This document shows positions 43,633-52,221 of a DNA stretch of 64,000 nucleotides, in pieces. Made by a program: the position numbers and the translations under genes. Source of the DNA: an uncultured Bacteroidales bacterium (lineage in GTDB: Bacteria; Bacteroidota; Bacteroidia; Bacteroidales; VadinHA17). The notes under the pieces are model-generated. The model had not been told where the DNA came from. It did no database searches and saw only the letters and a program-made list of their open reading frames with translations. Location of the stretch: contig CAVSSR010000006.1 of NCBI GenBank assembly GCA_963730615.1, forward strand, positions 196,251-260,250, in the 5' to 3' direction. Numbering within the stretch: the first letter of the stretch is position 1; the number at the start of each line of letters is the position of its first letter.

Positions 43633-44604
43633 TCAGGAAGTGCCGTTCACCCATAAATTATCATATTGGCCGGTGCCGGAAAATACCGGATTAAGAAGGC
43701 CACCTTTTTCAAGCCATGCAATATGAGCATTTGCTTCAAAAGTGACATGACTTGATTGTGCAGCTGACAAAGTACTACCGTTCCAGTACCATGGATCGAA
43801 CCAGTCAACAGGGTTAACACCATCTTCCATTAATATCGCATTTTCCCTGGCACTTTTGAATTCCGCATAAGCTCTGGTGAAATCCTTGTCGAGTCCATAA
43901 CCCCGGTACTGCTCCTTGTTCTCCTGAGAAGACGGAAGGAGGAAGGAAGGCGTCAGGTTGCAGAGAAACAGAGGCCCGGAATCATCCCCGCTAAGTACGC
44001 ACGGTCCGGGTTCGAGCTTAGGGTTCTCATCAAAATATGGGACGCCATTGACATGATAAGGCACGGTCATATCAGCCACAAAATGGGCTGACCAGGCCAT
44101 TCCCTTCAAAGCCCTTTCCCTGTCAAAAGTCGTTTGCAGGGTGGCCAGTGCAAAATCAAAATAATGATTACTGGCTGCTCTCGGTGCATAACCTGAAAAG
44201 GTCCTGGGATTGTACCAGTGCCATGAATACGGGGTTGATCCATCTGCATCCGGTCCTGGCCCGTAAGTATACGTACCAAACGAGGCGGTAGTACCGACAT
44301 CTACCCCTTCATACAGGAGAATATCATCAACATTCAGAAATGAATTATCACCAAGATACATTAATCTTGCTCTGCTCATTACCGGATCCCTCAGGAGCAG
44401 ACCATAGGCAGCTCTGATAATATCCTGATGAGTATCAGTAACTTTCGCAAACCTGGCTATACCCCTGAAAGCTCCCCATGAGTATACATCCTTGCCCAGC
44501 GGGCCTATGAACAGGATCTGTAAAACAAGGATCAGAACAATGATCTTAAATCTTTTTCCGGCCAGCGGACGGAAGGGCTTTGGTTCAAGGGTACTGTTTT
44601 TCAT
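43633..44604 (-). CDS. zinc-dependent phospholipase C / S1-P1 nuclease-fold family protein (putative)
   Basis: 323 aa with an N-terminal anchor. The mature N-terminus SWGAFRGI...THQDI and the later WSAHFVADMTVPYH resemble the Trp/His/Asp zinc ligand pattern of the PLC-Zn family. This is from memory, not searched. Confidence 0.45.
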   Translation of the reverse strand: MKNSTLEPKPFRPLAGKRFKIIVLILVLQILFIGPLGKDVYSWGAFRGIARFAKVTDTHQDIIRAAYGLLLRDPVMSRARLMYLGDNSFLNVDDILLYEGVDVGTTASFGTYTYGPGPDADGSTPYSWHWYNPRTFSGYAPRAASNHYFDFALATLQTTFDRERALKGMAWSAHFVADMTVPYHVNGVPYFDENPKLEPGPCVLSGDDSGPLFLCNLTPSFLLPSSQENKEQYRGYGLDKDFTRAYAEFKSARENAILMEDGVNPVDWFDPWYWNGSTLSAAQSSHVTFEANAHIAWLEKGGLLNPVFSGTGQYDNLWVNGTS

Positions 44605-44697
44605 GGATTCCCTTTTTATTTTTCAATCACAATATCATATTTGTCAAGCAATCCGGCTATTCCCGGAAGTGCGAATTATGCTATTCAGTTATTATTC

Positions 44698-45051
44698 TTA
44701 CGTATTTCCTCCAGCCTGGCTTTGTGCGTCGCGGTCTATCGCAAAGTGCCTTTTTAGTTTATCACAAGCATAATCGTCGCAATAAGCACAATTTATTGCT
44801 TTTTTCGCGATTGCGCATTTTCTGATCTCACAGTCATTGCAGCCTGTAAACAGCCTACCTTCATTTACTTTGCAACCATCACAGTCTGTAATAATCCAGG
44901 GTTTTGGAGTTGTTTTATAAATTTGGGCCAGTTGCTCCGCTATTTCAATTCTCATATTAGCCTTGACCGAATCATCTTTCTCAAGTGTCGCAAGGTGAAT
45001 TGGGCAGCTTTCACAAGCCAGGCCGCAGTAAGCTATGATCGTGTTCGTCAT
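44698..45051 (-). CDS. DUF3795-like Cys-rich small protein
   Basis: 117-aa intact ORF. It has CGLACESCPIH, CDGCK, CNDCEIRKC and CAYCDDYAC motifs typical of DUF3795. Confidence 0.65.
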   Translation of the reverse strand: MTNTIIAYCGLACESCPIHLATLEKDDSVKANMRIEIAEQLAQIYKTTPKPWIITDCDGCKVNEGRLFTGCNDCEIRKCAIAKKAINCAYCDDYACDKLKRHFAIDRDAQSQAGGNT

Positions 45052-45059
45052 ACTCCCGG

Positions 45060-45446
45060 TTATTGTGTTCGAAATAACATCAGTATTTTAGGCAGAAACA
45101 CAACTAGTCCTATTACGAGGGCGGTTATTGAGCTGATTAAGACTCCGGCCGCAGCAAGATCTTTCACTTCTTTTATCGGGTTTTGCTTTTCGGGAGATAC
45201 AAAATCAGATAGTTTTTCAATTGACGTATTTATGGCTTCTGAAGTAAAAACCAGTCCGATTGCAATGGAAACGGCCACCCATTCAGAAGCGGAAATCTTT
45301 AAAACTATACCGGCAATAATTACCAGAAGGGCCGCAGCTAAATGTATCCAGGCATTGTGTTCGTTTGCAAACATGATCCTGATGCCATTGAAAGCAAATT
45401 TAAAGCTCTTGAGTCTGTCACCGATTTTAAACTTCTTTTTATTCAT
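45060..45446 (-). CDS. dgkA: diacylglycerol/undecaprenol kinase (DgkA family)
   Basis: ORF 45060..45512; the likely start is MNKKKF at 45446. It has 3 TM helices and the DgkA motifs NEHNAWIH, SEAINTSIE and KDLAAAGVL. Confidence 0.8.
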   Translation of the reverse strand: MNKKKFKIGDRLKSFKFAFNGIRIMFANEHNAWIHLAAALLVIIAGIVLKISASEWVAVSIAIGLVFTSEAINTSIEKLSDFVSPEKQNPIKEVKDLAAAGVLISSITALVIGLVVFLPKILMLFRTQ

Positions 45447-45460
45447 TGCACCTGTATGAT

Positions 45461-46656
45461 TTACTCTTTCCCAAGAATTGATCTGGCAGCATAATGTCCC
45501 ATCGAAAAACAACCCTGAAGCAGAAAACCTCCGGTAGGTGCATCCCAGTCGAGCATTTCGCCAATAGCGTATATCCAGGGGTATTTTTTCAATGAAAAGT
45601 CATCATTTACTTCCTTCAGGTCGATTCCGCCAATAGTTGAAATGGCTTCTTCCACCGGTCTCAGCGAGTCAACGGGGATAGCCAGTTTTTTAATGCTGCT
45701 GATGAACCCGGGAAGCGACAGAAAACTGTCCCTGCAGGTAAAGGCTTTTATTATGGCCATCTGAACGGTGTTTAAATTGAATAACTGACCATATTCATTT
45801 GTCCTGACATTTTTCCCTTTGGTTTTCTGCAGAAGTTGTTCCTCGGTATTTAATGGTTTAAAATCGACATATAATATGCACAGGTATATTTTTATTAAGC
45901 ATATTACGTATGGCTGGCACCAACTGGATAAACGGCGTTGCCTTCCATCCCGTAGTCAGTAATTACCACCTCACCCTTCACTTCGATATCATTCACAGAA
46001 AGCTGTATATTCTTGACAGGTTTTCCGGCATGATATTGCCTGACAGCCTCCGGCCAGTTAATGTTAATGCCACAATTGGACGATTGAAAAGGGTTGGTCT
46101 CAATACCCATGGATTCGAAAATAGTCCGCCATGATCCGTTTGAACCCGTTTTAGGCCATGAGGCTCCTCCCAAAGCAAAAAGGATGTAATCTGCTTCAAG
46201 CGTTATCTCCTGTTCCTGATTTTTAAATGTAACATGCCTGTTATTGTCAAACCCAACCAGTTCATGATCCGGATGAAACTGAACTCCCTGGTTCAATAAC
46301 TTCGCTCTTATTTTGTCCAGGACATCAATTGGCCTGATGCCTTTCTCCGGGAAGACCCTGCCACTGGAACCGACAAAGGTGGAGATACCCATCGAAGAAA
46401 GCCATTGCCGGAGAGCTGAGGTGTCGAAATCAGATAATGCTTTGTTCATAAACCCGGCAGGTGAATATTTACCGGTTAATTCCTCACCCTGCAAATTATT
46501 GGTCAGGTTAAAACCGCCCTTTCCGGCCAGCAGAAATTTTTGCCCGACGTTTTTTTCCTTGTCGAATAAAGATACATTGTGAGCGGAACTGAGTATATCT
46601 GCAGCCATTAAACCTGCAGGCCCGCCACCAACAATGATGATTTGTTTTATTCCCAT
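45461..46656 (-). CDS. NAD(P)/FAD-dependent oxidoreductase, HI0933/BaiN-like flavoprotein (frameshifted between 45760 and 45905)
   Basis: The N-terminal piece is 45904..46656 (dinucleotide fold IIVGGGPAGLMAA, LAGKGGFNLTN). The C-terminal piece is 45461..45760 (GEMLDWDAPTGGFLLQGCFSMGHYAA). Confidence 0.7.
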
Positions 46657-46757
46657 CAGAAATTTTAAGGATGCGGTAAGTTAAAAAACTGTTACGGATA
46701 ATGGAAGCCTGAAAAAATATTGATCAGACTATACTGACCTGTTATGTGCCGTATTTT

Positions 46758-47456
46758 TTAATAGATTTTAAACTCTACGTATAAGTTTTGTACAGCCATA
46801 ATGTTTCCTATATTGACAGTAATTGAACTCTTATCAAGTGCCTGTTCAGTGACTTCAAACATCACAGCATTACGTTCAGGTTGAGCATCACTTTTTGATA
46901 TTTCAAAATTGCTTATTTGTGTAATAATTTTGCTTTTCTCCGGGAGTTGTGAAAGAATCTGATCTGCCAGTTTATTTGCGTTTTCCAGAGCTTTCAATGA
47001 TGCAACTCCATTAATGCTGTCCATCTTACTATGGCTATATGACAATGAACCTATTGTCAGCTTTTCATTGCTTAGAAGATTTGAATATAATTCATCCAGG
47101 ATTTTCAGGTCACGTACTTTAACACGTGTCGTGGTCGAAGCTCTGTAACCGTTGAACACTTGAGAATTATTTGTCCAGATATAATCCTTGCTCAGATTGA
47201 CATTGGTTGTTAATATGTCTTCTTTCTTAATTCCGAAACTGGTCAGATCATCCTTAAGTCTCGAAGTGATGTCAATTAAGCAGGCTTTGGCTTGCCTGAT
47301 ATTCATATCTATGCAATTTGCATCTAATATTATGCTTGCTTCATCAGGCGCTATTTCGACAATACCGCTGGTCTTGAGAAGGAGTGTTTTGTAATCATTC
47401 CCGGGAGTGCAGCTGATAAACAGAACAACGAACAGAATTAGAGATAGACTTTTCAT
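46758..47456 (-). CDS. SIMPL/DUF541 domain lipoprotein
   Basis: 232-aa intact ORF with the lipobox VLFISCT. The SIMPL-like pattern is NGYRASTTTRVKVRDL plus the C-terminal ITVNIGNIMAVQNLYVEFKI. Confidence 0.65.
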   Translation of the reverse strand: MKSLSLILFVVLFISCTPGNDYKTLLLKTSGIVEIAPDEASIILDANCIDMNIRQAKACLIDITSRLKDDLTSFGIKKEDILTTNVNLSKDYIWTNNSQVFNGYRASTTTRVKVRDLKILDELYSNLLSNEKLTIGSLSYSHSKMDSINGVASLKALENANKLADQILSQLPEKSKIITQISNFEISKSDAQPERNAVMFEVTEQALDKSSITVNIGNIMAVQNLYVEFKIY

Positions 47457-47487
47457 ATTTTTAATTTTTTTTGGGATATCGGTTAAA

Positions 47488-47895
47488 TTACCTGGCCCTC
47501 ATTTTGTTTCCTTTTGGATCATGAGTAAGTTCTGCCAGTCCAAGTTTTTCCATTAATGGGGGAATATACATTCCGAACCGTCCCCGAAGTCCTTTTTTAA
47601 GTCCATACCATCCACCGACCGGGTTTTTTTCAGAACGACCCCACGCTTCGACAGTCCCGTCTTTTGCAGGTTTCTGTTCATCAGCACTGCCAAGCTCCAT
47701 CCAGTCTCCATGTTTTTTAAGCATCGCATGAAGATCAGAAAGACATCGGTAATCATAGTATAAAATCGTCTTTCCGACAGTACATACCAGCACTTCTTTG
47801 TTGTCTTTGACATCTTTGTGCATCGTGAAGTCAGATGTAAGGGGAGGAGTTTTAAGTGTCCAGGGATTTTCTTTTGTGCCTTGTTGTGTTGTCAT
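47488..47895 (-). CDS. hypothetical soluble protein
   Basis: 135-aa intact ORF. I can name no motif. It lies 31 nt upstream of the SIMPL gene. Confidence 0.4.
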   Translation of the reverse strand: MTTQQGTKENPWTLKTPPLTSDFTMHKDVKDNKEVLVCTVGKTILYYDYRCLSDLHAMLKKHGDWMELGSADEQKPAKDGTVEAWGRSEKNPVGGWYGLKKGLRGRFGMYIPPLMEKLGLAELTHDPKGNKMRAR

Positions 47896-48050
47896 CGGTT
47901 TGGATTTAATTCATCAGGATGTGTATAGGTAACATGTCAAAGAATTAATTTGTTTAACGTCATTTGTTATTAAATAATATGACATTTACTTATTGATCTG
48001 GAATATCGCGATTTGGCTAAAACCAGGCTGATAAAAATCAAAGTCCGCAC

Positions 48051-48631
48051 TCAGACCCTTAGCGAGCCGCGGAAGCCCCTGACGGCATAGTAAGATTCTG
48101 CACCATTGTGATACACGAAGACATGGTCATAGCGGCGATCAGCAAAGAGGGCGCCGCCGAGTTTTCTGATATCAGCAGGGTGTTTTCACCCAGCTCGACG
48201 TTTTCGTATCGAAATTTCCAAGCTTCTGCAACTCCCGGTATTGTTCTTCCGTTAAAAGCTCAATGCCCATGGCAGCTGCCATATCGATAGCGTTATCTTT
48301 TGGTTTAAATTCTTTTCTGGCACTCCAGTCCTTCACGGTCGTAACATAAACTTCTGCGGCCTTTGGGACTTTCCGCTGAACAATCATAAAAAATGTATTC
48401 GCCCGTCTTTTTATCAAGACCGACAACATCCGGTTCACCGCCTGTTCGTTCCATTTCATTGAGTGACCACAGTTTTTCTCCTCCGGCTGGTGATTCCAGC
48501 TTTGCCTGTACTTTTGCCCATTCAAGACCCTTATGGCGGTTCATGTTTTTCTCAAAACGGGCTTTCAATGCTCTGAGCAGTTCTTCACGTTGTTCCGGTG
48601 ACAGCTTCTTTTTTGTTTCGACGTTTGACAT
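48051..48631 (-). CDS. DUF4256-like protein (2 frameshifts)
   Basis: Frames 48305..48631 (MSNVETKKKLSPEQREELL...GGEPDVVG), 48172..48525 (...AMGIELLTEEQYRELQKLGNFDTKTSSWVKTP) and a third frame (ADIRKLGGALFADRRYDHVFVYHNGAESYYAVRGFRGSLRV, stop at 48051) join into one ~190-aa protein. Confidence 0.55.
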
Positions 48632-48744
48632 AATCCTGATTTTAAGGAAACAAGTGGTGCTTTTCTATTCAACAAAGAAACTGGCCCTGTGTTCATAATA
48701 TTGAAACTCAATTTTGTGCGGGAAACCGATACTTAATGCTAATG

Positions 48745-48808
48745 CCCGGTGGTGCCGGGGATCCTGCATGTTTGATTCGGCCACTGCGGTGTCAGGGTCA
48801 CGCAGGAT
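48745..48808 (-). repeat. hairpin repeat related to the array elements, abutting the YdeI-like gene stop
   Basis: The 16-nt CCCGGTGGTGCCGGGG (48745-60) is identical to 62888-62903. It is followed by the inverted repeat ATCCTGCATG (48761-70) / CACGCAGGAT (48799-808). There are no clear AAC/GTT boxes. Confidence 0.3.
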
Positions 48809-49366
48809 TTAAATCACCCTTTGTTGTTTTGCGGATGCCATGATGGTTTTATTTAACCTTGAGAGTTGAGTCGTTTCCTGTTTTGCACTCATTATCCAAT
48901 GGATGATTGCTTTTTGATATGAAGGAGCCTGGTTTTTGAAAAATTCCCAAGCATGTTTATTTCCTTTGAAAATGGTTTCAAAAATATCGCTCAGTTTTGA
49001 AGTTTCTTTCTCAAAGCTGTAAACTCCGGAATTTCCAATTTTCCTTTCATTAAATATTTTAAGACCAGCTTGTTTCATGAGTTTCTTATTCTTGAGCTCC
49101 TCTACCTTTTTGATGTTGATGTTGCTCCATATACTGGTAGGTTTCCGGGGAGTGAAACGAATAGAGTATCTTTCATTATCAATTGACTTTCGGATTCCAT
49201 CTATCCAGCCAAAGCAGAGAGCTTCATCAACAGACTGTGACCAGGTCATAGAGGGTTTCCCGCTACCTACTTTATAATAGCCCACCAACAATTCAGTTTC
49301 TTTTTTGTGGTTTTTCTCCAACCACTTTCTGAATTCTTTTTGATCCTGAAAGAAAATAGGAGTCAT
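48809..49366 (-). CDS. YdeI/OmpD-associated (bacteriocin-protection-type) family protein
   Basis: 185-aa intact ORF. The motifs are FRKWLEKNH, ALCFGWIDG and the C-terminal KQETTQLSRLNKTI, typical of the YdeI family. Confidence 0.65.
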   Translation of the reverse strand: MTPIFFQDQKEFRKWLEKNHKKETELLVGYYKVGSGKPSMTWSQSVDEALCFGWIDGIRKSIDNERYSIRFTPRKPTSIWSNINIKKVEELKNKKLMKQAGLKIFNERKIGNSGVYSFEKETSKLSDIFETIFKGNKHAWEFFKNQAPSYQKAIIHWIMSAKQETTQLSRLNKTIMASAKQQRVI

Positions 49367-49376
49367 CAGGTTGTAA

Positions 49377-49655
49377 TTATACCCGGTGTTTCCAATTCCA
49401 CCATTTCAATAATTCCGGATCGTGTTTATCATTCTGGGCATAATAGACGGCACAACGAAATGTGTATAAAACACATGGGTCAATTATCTGCTTGTTCTCG
49501 TTACACAAATCATTGTACAATGCTTGTGGATCCTGACCTATTAAATCATGAACATGATGAATGCCAATAAGATGCAGATCTTCTGCAATACTCTTGCCTA
49601 TCCCCGGAATAGATAACAGGTTGTCACAGTTTTTATCTTTCTTGATTACTTTCAT
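49377..49655 (-). CDS. helix-hairpin-helix domain protein (Cdd1/pathogenicity-locus-like)
   Basis: 92-aa intact ORF with the HhH motif LLSIPGIGKSIAEDL. It lies 10 nt upstream of the YdeI-like gene. Confidence 0.55.
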   Translation of the reverse strand: MKVIKKDKNCDNLLSIPGIGKSIAEDLHLIGIHHVHDLIGQDPQALYNDLCNENKQIIDPCVLYTFRCAVYYAQNDKHDPELLKWWNWKHRV

Positions 49656-49766
49656 AATATGAACTGCATATTTGTGTATTGTTTAGTACTTTATCTGACG
49701 GCTCTGCGGTAAAATTTAGCACACAAGCTTATTAATTGTTCCGCCCCCGTCAGGCGTTTGCTAGCT

Positions 49767-50150
49767 TTACTTCCGGGGCATCCATAAGGCGCCGTTTTCC
49801 CTTACCTCTTTTACCCGAAAAGCGGCAATCTTCCGAATAAGCGTTTTGGGAAGAGGCTTGCTATAAGGGAATTGTATCGTGTCTTTGCCGGTTTTATAAT
49901 CTGTTAATTCCTTTTCGAAAGGCTGTAGGGAAGAGTGTGTTGGCATAAAATTAAGATGCGATTTGAAAGCGGAATATGAGAACAGGATTCGCTTTTCTTC
50001 AAATACCGGAGATCCCCATTTCAATGATTTTGTTGCATCCGGGGCGACTTCCTTCAGGATATCGCGTAATTCCCTGAGTTTTTCCCTCGCTTCTCTTTGG
50101 CGCAGCATTTATATATTCCTCAATTGTTTTTGGTCTGGGCTTTTCCATGG
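49767..50150 (-). CDS. DUF1801 (YdhG-like) domain protein (one frameshift near 50100)
   Basis: ATG at 50150 gives MEKPRPKTIEEYINAAPK. After a 1-nt shift it continues in ORF 49767..50108 (EAREKLRELRDILKEVAPDATKSLKWGSPVF...FPYSKPLP). Confidence 0.65.
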
Positions 50151-50306
50151 TTGATATCTGAGATGCATTTAATTATTAACAAGGTTCCCGAAAATGTTTT
50201 ATCATTTTGCGTGGTTTCGATTGACACCAAACACTGGATTTTCCCGGACGGGTGTTGTTAGTACTACCGTCTGCACGAAAACAACAATTAAGTGACCAAC
50301 CGACTC

Positions 50307-50504
50307 TTATATTAGCTTGCTCCCCGCTTCTGACATTGTGCAGTTGGCAGTGGCTTTAATTATCATTGTCTCAACCTTCACCTTGTAAGTCTCACCTAAA
50401 TGGTTAACAAGGTCATTAATTAAATGTTTTTGGCTTAGCACCAGAGCGCTCCTCAGCACCATGTTGAGGCAGTGCCCTGTAATGACTTCTGCCATGCGCT
50501 GCAT
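50307..50504 (-). CDS. 65-aa ORF in frame with the preceding membrane protein (separated by one TGA and 3 codons)
   Basis: This ORF is in the same frame as 50514..50948. It could be a C-terminal soluble domain cut off by a nonsense change, or a separate small gene. Confidence 0.3.
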   Translation of the reverse strand: MQRMAEVITGHCLNMVLRSALVLSQKHLINDLVNHLGETYKVKVETMIIKATANCTMSEAGSKLI

Positions 50505-50513
50505 CCCTTTTAT

Positions 50514-50948
50514 TCAACTCTTTAAGAACAAATTTCTGAAATACCTGATACTTGAAAGAAACAGTGCAAACCCGATGCTTAAATAAATTAAAGAAAGATA
50601 TTGCTTTTGTATGGAAGAGTGACGTAAGGTTATTCCCATGGTAACCATTATAATAATAATGATATAGCTTTTCCATGAAATAAAAGAGAAAACACATGGT
50701 TTCCCCGGTAATCGTGAAATACGTCCCAGGTTTTTATCTACAATTTTCAGGAACCCGAAATGATGAATGATTAATGCTGCAATAACTCCGGGAACACCAA
50801 ATAACCATCGATTTCCATCATAATCGTACAACCAGTGAACGGCCATTATAATCAGCATGATTCCCACACAACACCACATTGCTCCGGCAAATGCAAGCAA
50901 AACCTTTTTGGGAACTGCCGGTTTAAATCTCTTTTCAAAATCAGTCAC
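50514..50948 (-). CDS. 4-TM membrane protein of unknown function
   Basis: 144-aa ORF with four hydrophobic helices. It ends at TGA 50514-50516, which is in frame with the next ORF. Confidence 0.45.
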   Translation of the reverse strand: MTDFEKRFKPAVPKKVLLAFAGAMWCCVGIMLIIMAVHWLYDYDGNRWLFGVPGVIAALIIHHFGFLKIVDKNLGRISRLPGKPCVFSFISWKSYIIIIIMVTMGITLRHSSIQKQYLSLIYLSIGFALFLSSIRYFRNLFLKS

Positions 50949-51007
50949 CTTGTTTTTCTATTTTGTATTTACTCATTATTTTGATGGCATCGACGACTTT
51001 GCATAAA

Positions 51008-51071
51008 TGCTAAACCTGTCTCCGGCATGATTTACAATTACATCAATAAACCGGGATCTTTTATGGTTGTG
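51008..51071 (-). repeat. weak short attC-like site after the VIT transporter gene
   Basis: GCTAAAC (51008-14) ... GTTGTGT (51065-71). Pairing is limited to only 4+4 bp (AACC/GGTT, CCGG/CCGG). Confidence 0.25.
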
Positions 51072-51085
51072 TTGTGCGTAGATTT

Positions 51086-51793
51086 TTATCCAACGTTTAC
51101 GTGAAACAATAATCCGACAAGCGCAGTCAGGCCCATGGCGACAGTACCCCAGAAGGTAATTCTGATAATTGCTTTGGCTACACTTGAGCCTCCCGTTTTG
51201 GCAGCCAATGCGCCTAGTATAATAAGGAAGAAAATAGCAAAACCATAAAGATAATATTCGATGCCTTTTAACGGCAGAAAGAGAGCAACTGCAAGAGGAA
51301 GAATTCCACCGGCCGAAAATGCTGAACCTGAAGCAAGCGCTGCTTGTATTGGTTTGGCCTTACTTATTTCATTTATCCCCAGTTCATCTCTGATGTGTGC
51401 TGCCAATGCATCGGTTTCAGATAATTCTTTCGCAACTGCTAATGCTGTTTCTTTTTTAAGTCCTCTTTTTTCATAAATTTCCGCCAATCGCTGCAGTTCA
51501 ATTTTGGGCATTTCATCTAACTCTTGCTTTTCACGTTCAATATCAGCCTTTTCCACATCTGTCTGAGAACTTACAGAAACGTATTCACCTGCTGCCATTG
51601 ACAAAGCACCAGCCACCAGTCCGGCGATTGTTGCCAACACGATGGGTTCCCTTATATTACTTGCCGCAGCAATACCTATCGCCAGGCTGGATGTTGATAG
51701 AATTCCGTCATTTGCACCAAGAACTGCGGCTCTCAGCCAATTGCTTTTGTGGATGAAATGAATGTCTGAATTGTTGTCTGTTTTGGTCTTCAT
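51086..51793 (-). CDS. VIT1/CCC1 family iron/manganese transporter
   Basis: 235-aa intact ORF. It has the motif NWLRAAVLGANDGILSTSSLAIG and a central acidic helix (EREKQELDEMP), with 5 TM helices. Confidence 0.85.
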   Translation of the reverse strand: MKTKTDNNSDIHFIHKSNWLRAAVLGANDGILSTSSLAIGIAAASNIREPIVLATIAGLVAGALSMAAGEYVSVSSQTDVEKADIEREKQELDEMPKIELQRLAEIYEKRGLKKETALAVAKELSETDALAAHIRDELGINEISKAKPIQAALASGSAFSAGGILPLAVALFLPLKGIEYYLYGFAIFFLIILGALAAKTGGSSVAKAIIRITFWGTVAMGLTALVGLLFHVNVG

Positions 51794-51856
51794 CTTGAAA
51801 AGTTAAATGTATTGTATAATCCTGACTAAAGGTAACATTGTTATTAACAGAGATAA

Positions 51857-52195
51857 TTAAAAACAATCTCGAAAAAGTATGTCACTTTCCGTGCCAGCAG
51901 TTATAATTTTCTCACGACCTGCCAATCGGACACACACTGATACAAAGCCCGCAAATACGTTCTTCAACGTTGAGTTTTGCTTTGCCAGCTCTCTGCATTT
52001 TTCTCTGCATTTGAAAGCATCGAAGAATTCATCTCTGTGAATGGCGACATTCCACTTTAATCCCGTAGCTGCATTGGCAGGACATTTTAATACGCATATA
52101 TTACAGTTACCGCACTTACTTTTTTCCACTGGGTTTACATTACAGCCGGGATCCTGTTTTGGAACAAGATGATTCTCAACTATGTTTCTTACCAT
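51857..52195 (-). CDS. 4Fe-4S-motif protein fragment (resembles the C-terminal part of an epoxyqueuosine-reductase/RDH-like protein)
   Basis: 112 aa carrying CGNCNICVLKCP. There is no recognisable N-terminal domain. The repeat element upstream is truncated at the same side. Confidence 0.4.
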   Translation of the reverse strand: MVRNIVENHLVPKQDPGCNVNPVEKSKCGNCNICVLKCPANAATGLKWNVAIHRDEFFDAFKCREKCRELAKQNSTLKNVFAGFVSVCVRLAGREKIITAGTESDILFRDCF

Positions 52196-52221
52196 CCAGA
52201 ATGTTTTTAATAGCTGCTTCT

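Noticed and set aside
48715-48760. The 48745-48808 hairpin called as a full attC site
   Set aside because: It shares a 16-nt motif with the 62739 element and abuts a stop codon. However, it lacks identifiable AAC/GTT boxes and a paired distal arm, so it is kept only as a low-confidence related repeat.
50514-50516. The in-frame TGA considered as selenocysteine or programmed read-through
   Set aside because: No SECIS-like hairpin lies immediately downstream and there is no redox-motif context. A substitution or sequencing error, or a genuine stop, is simpler.
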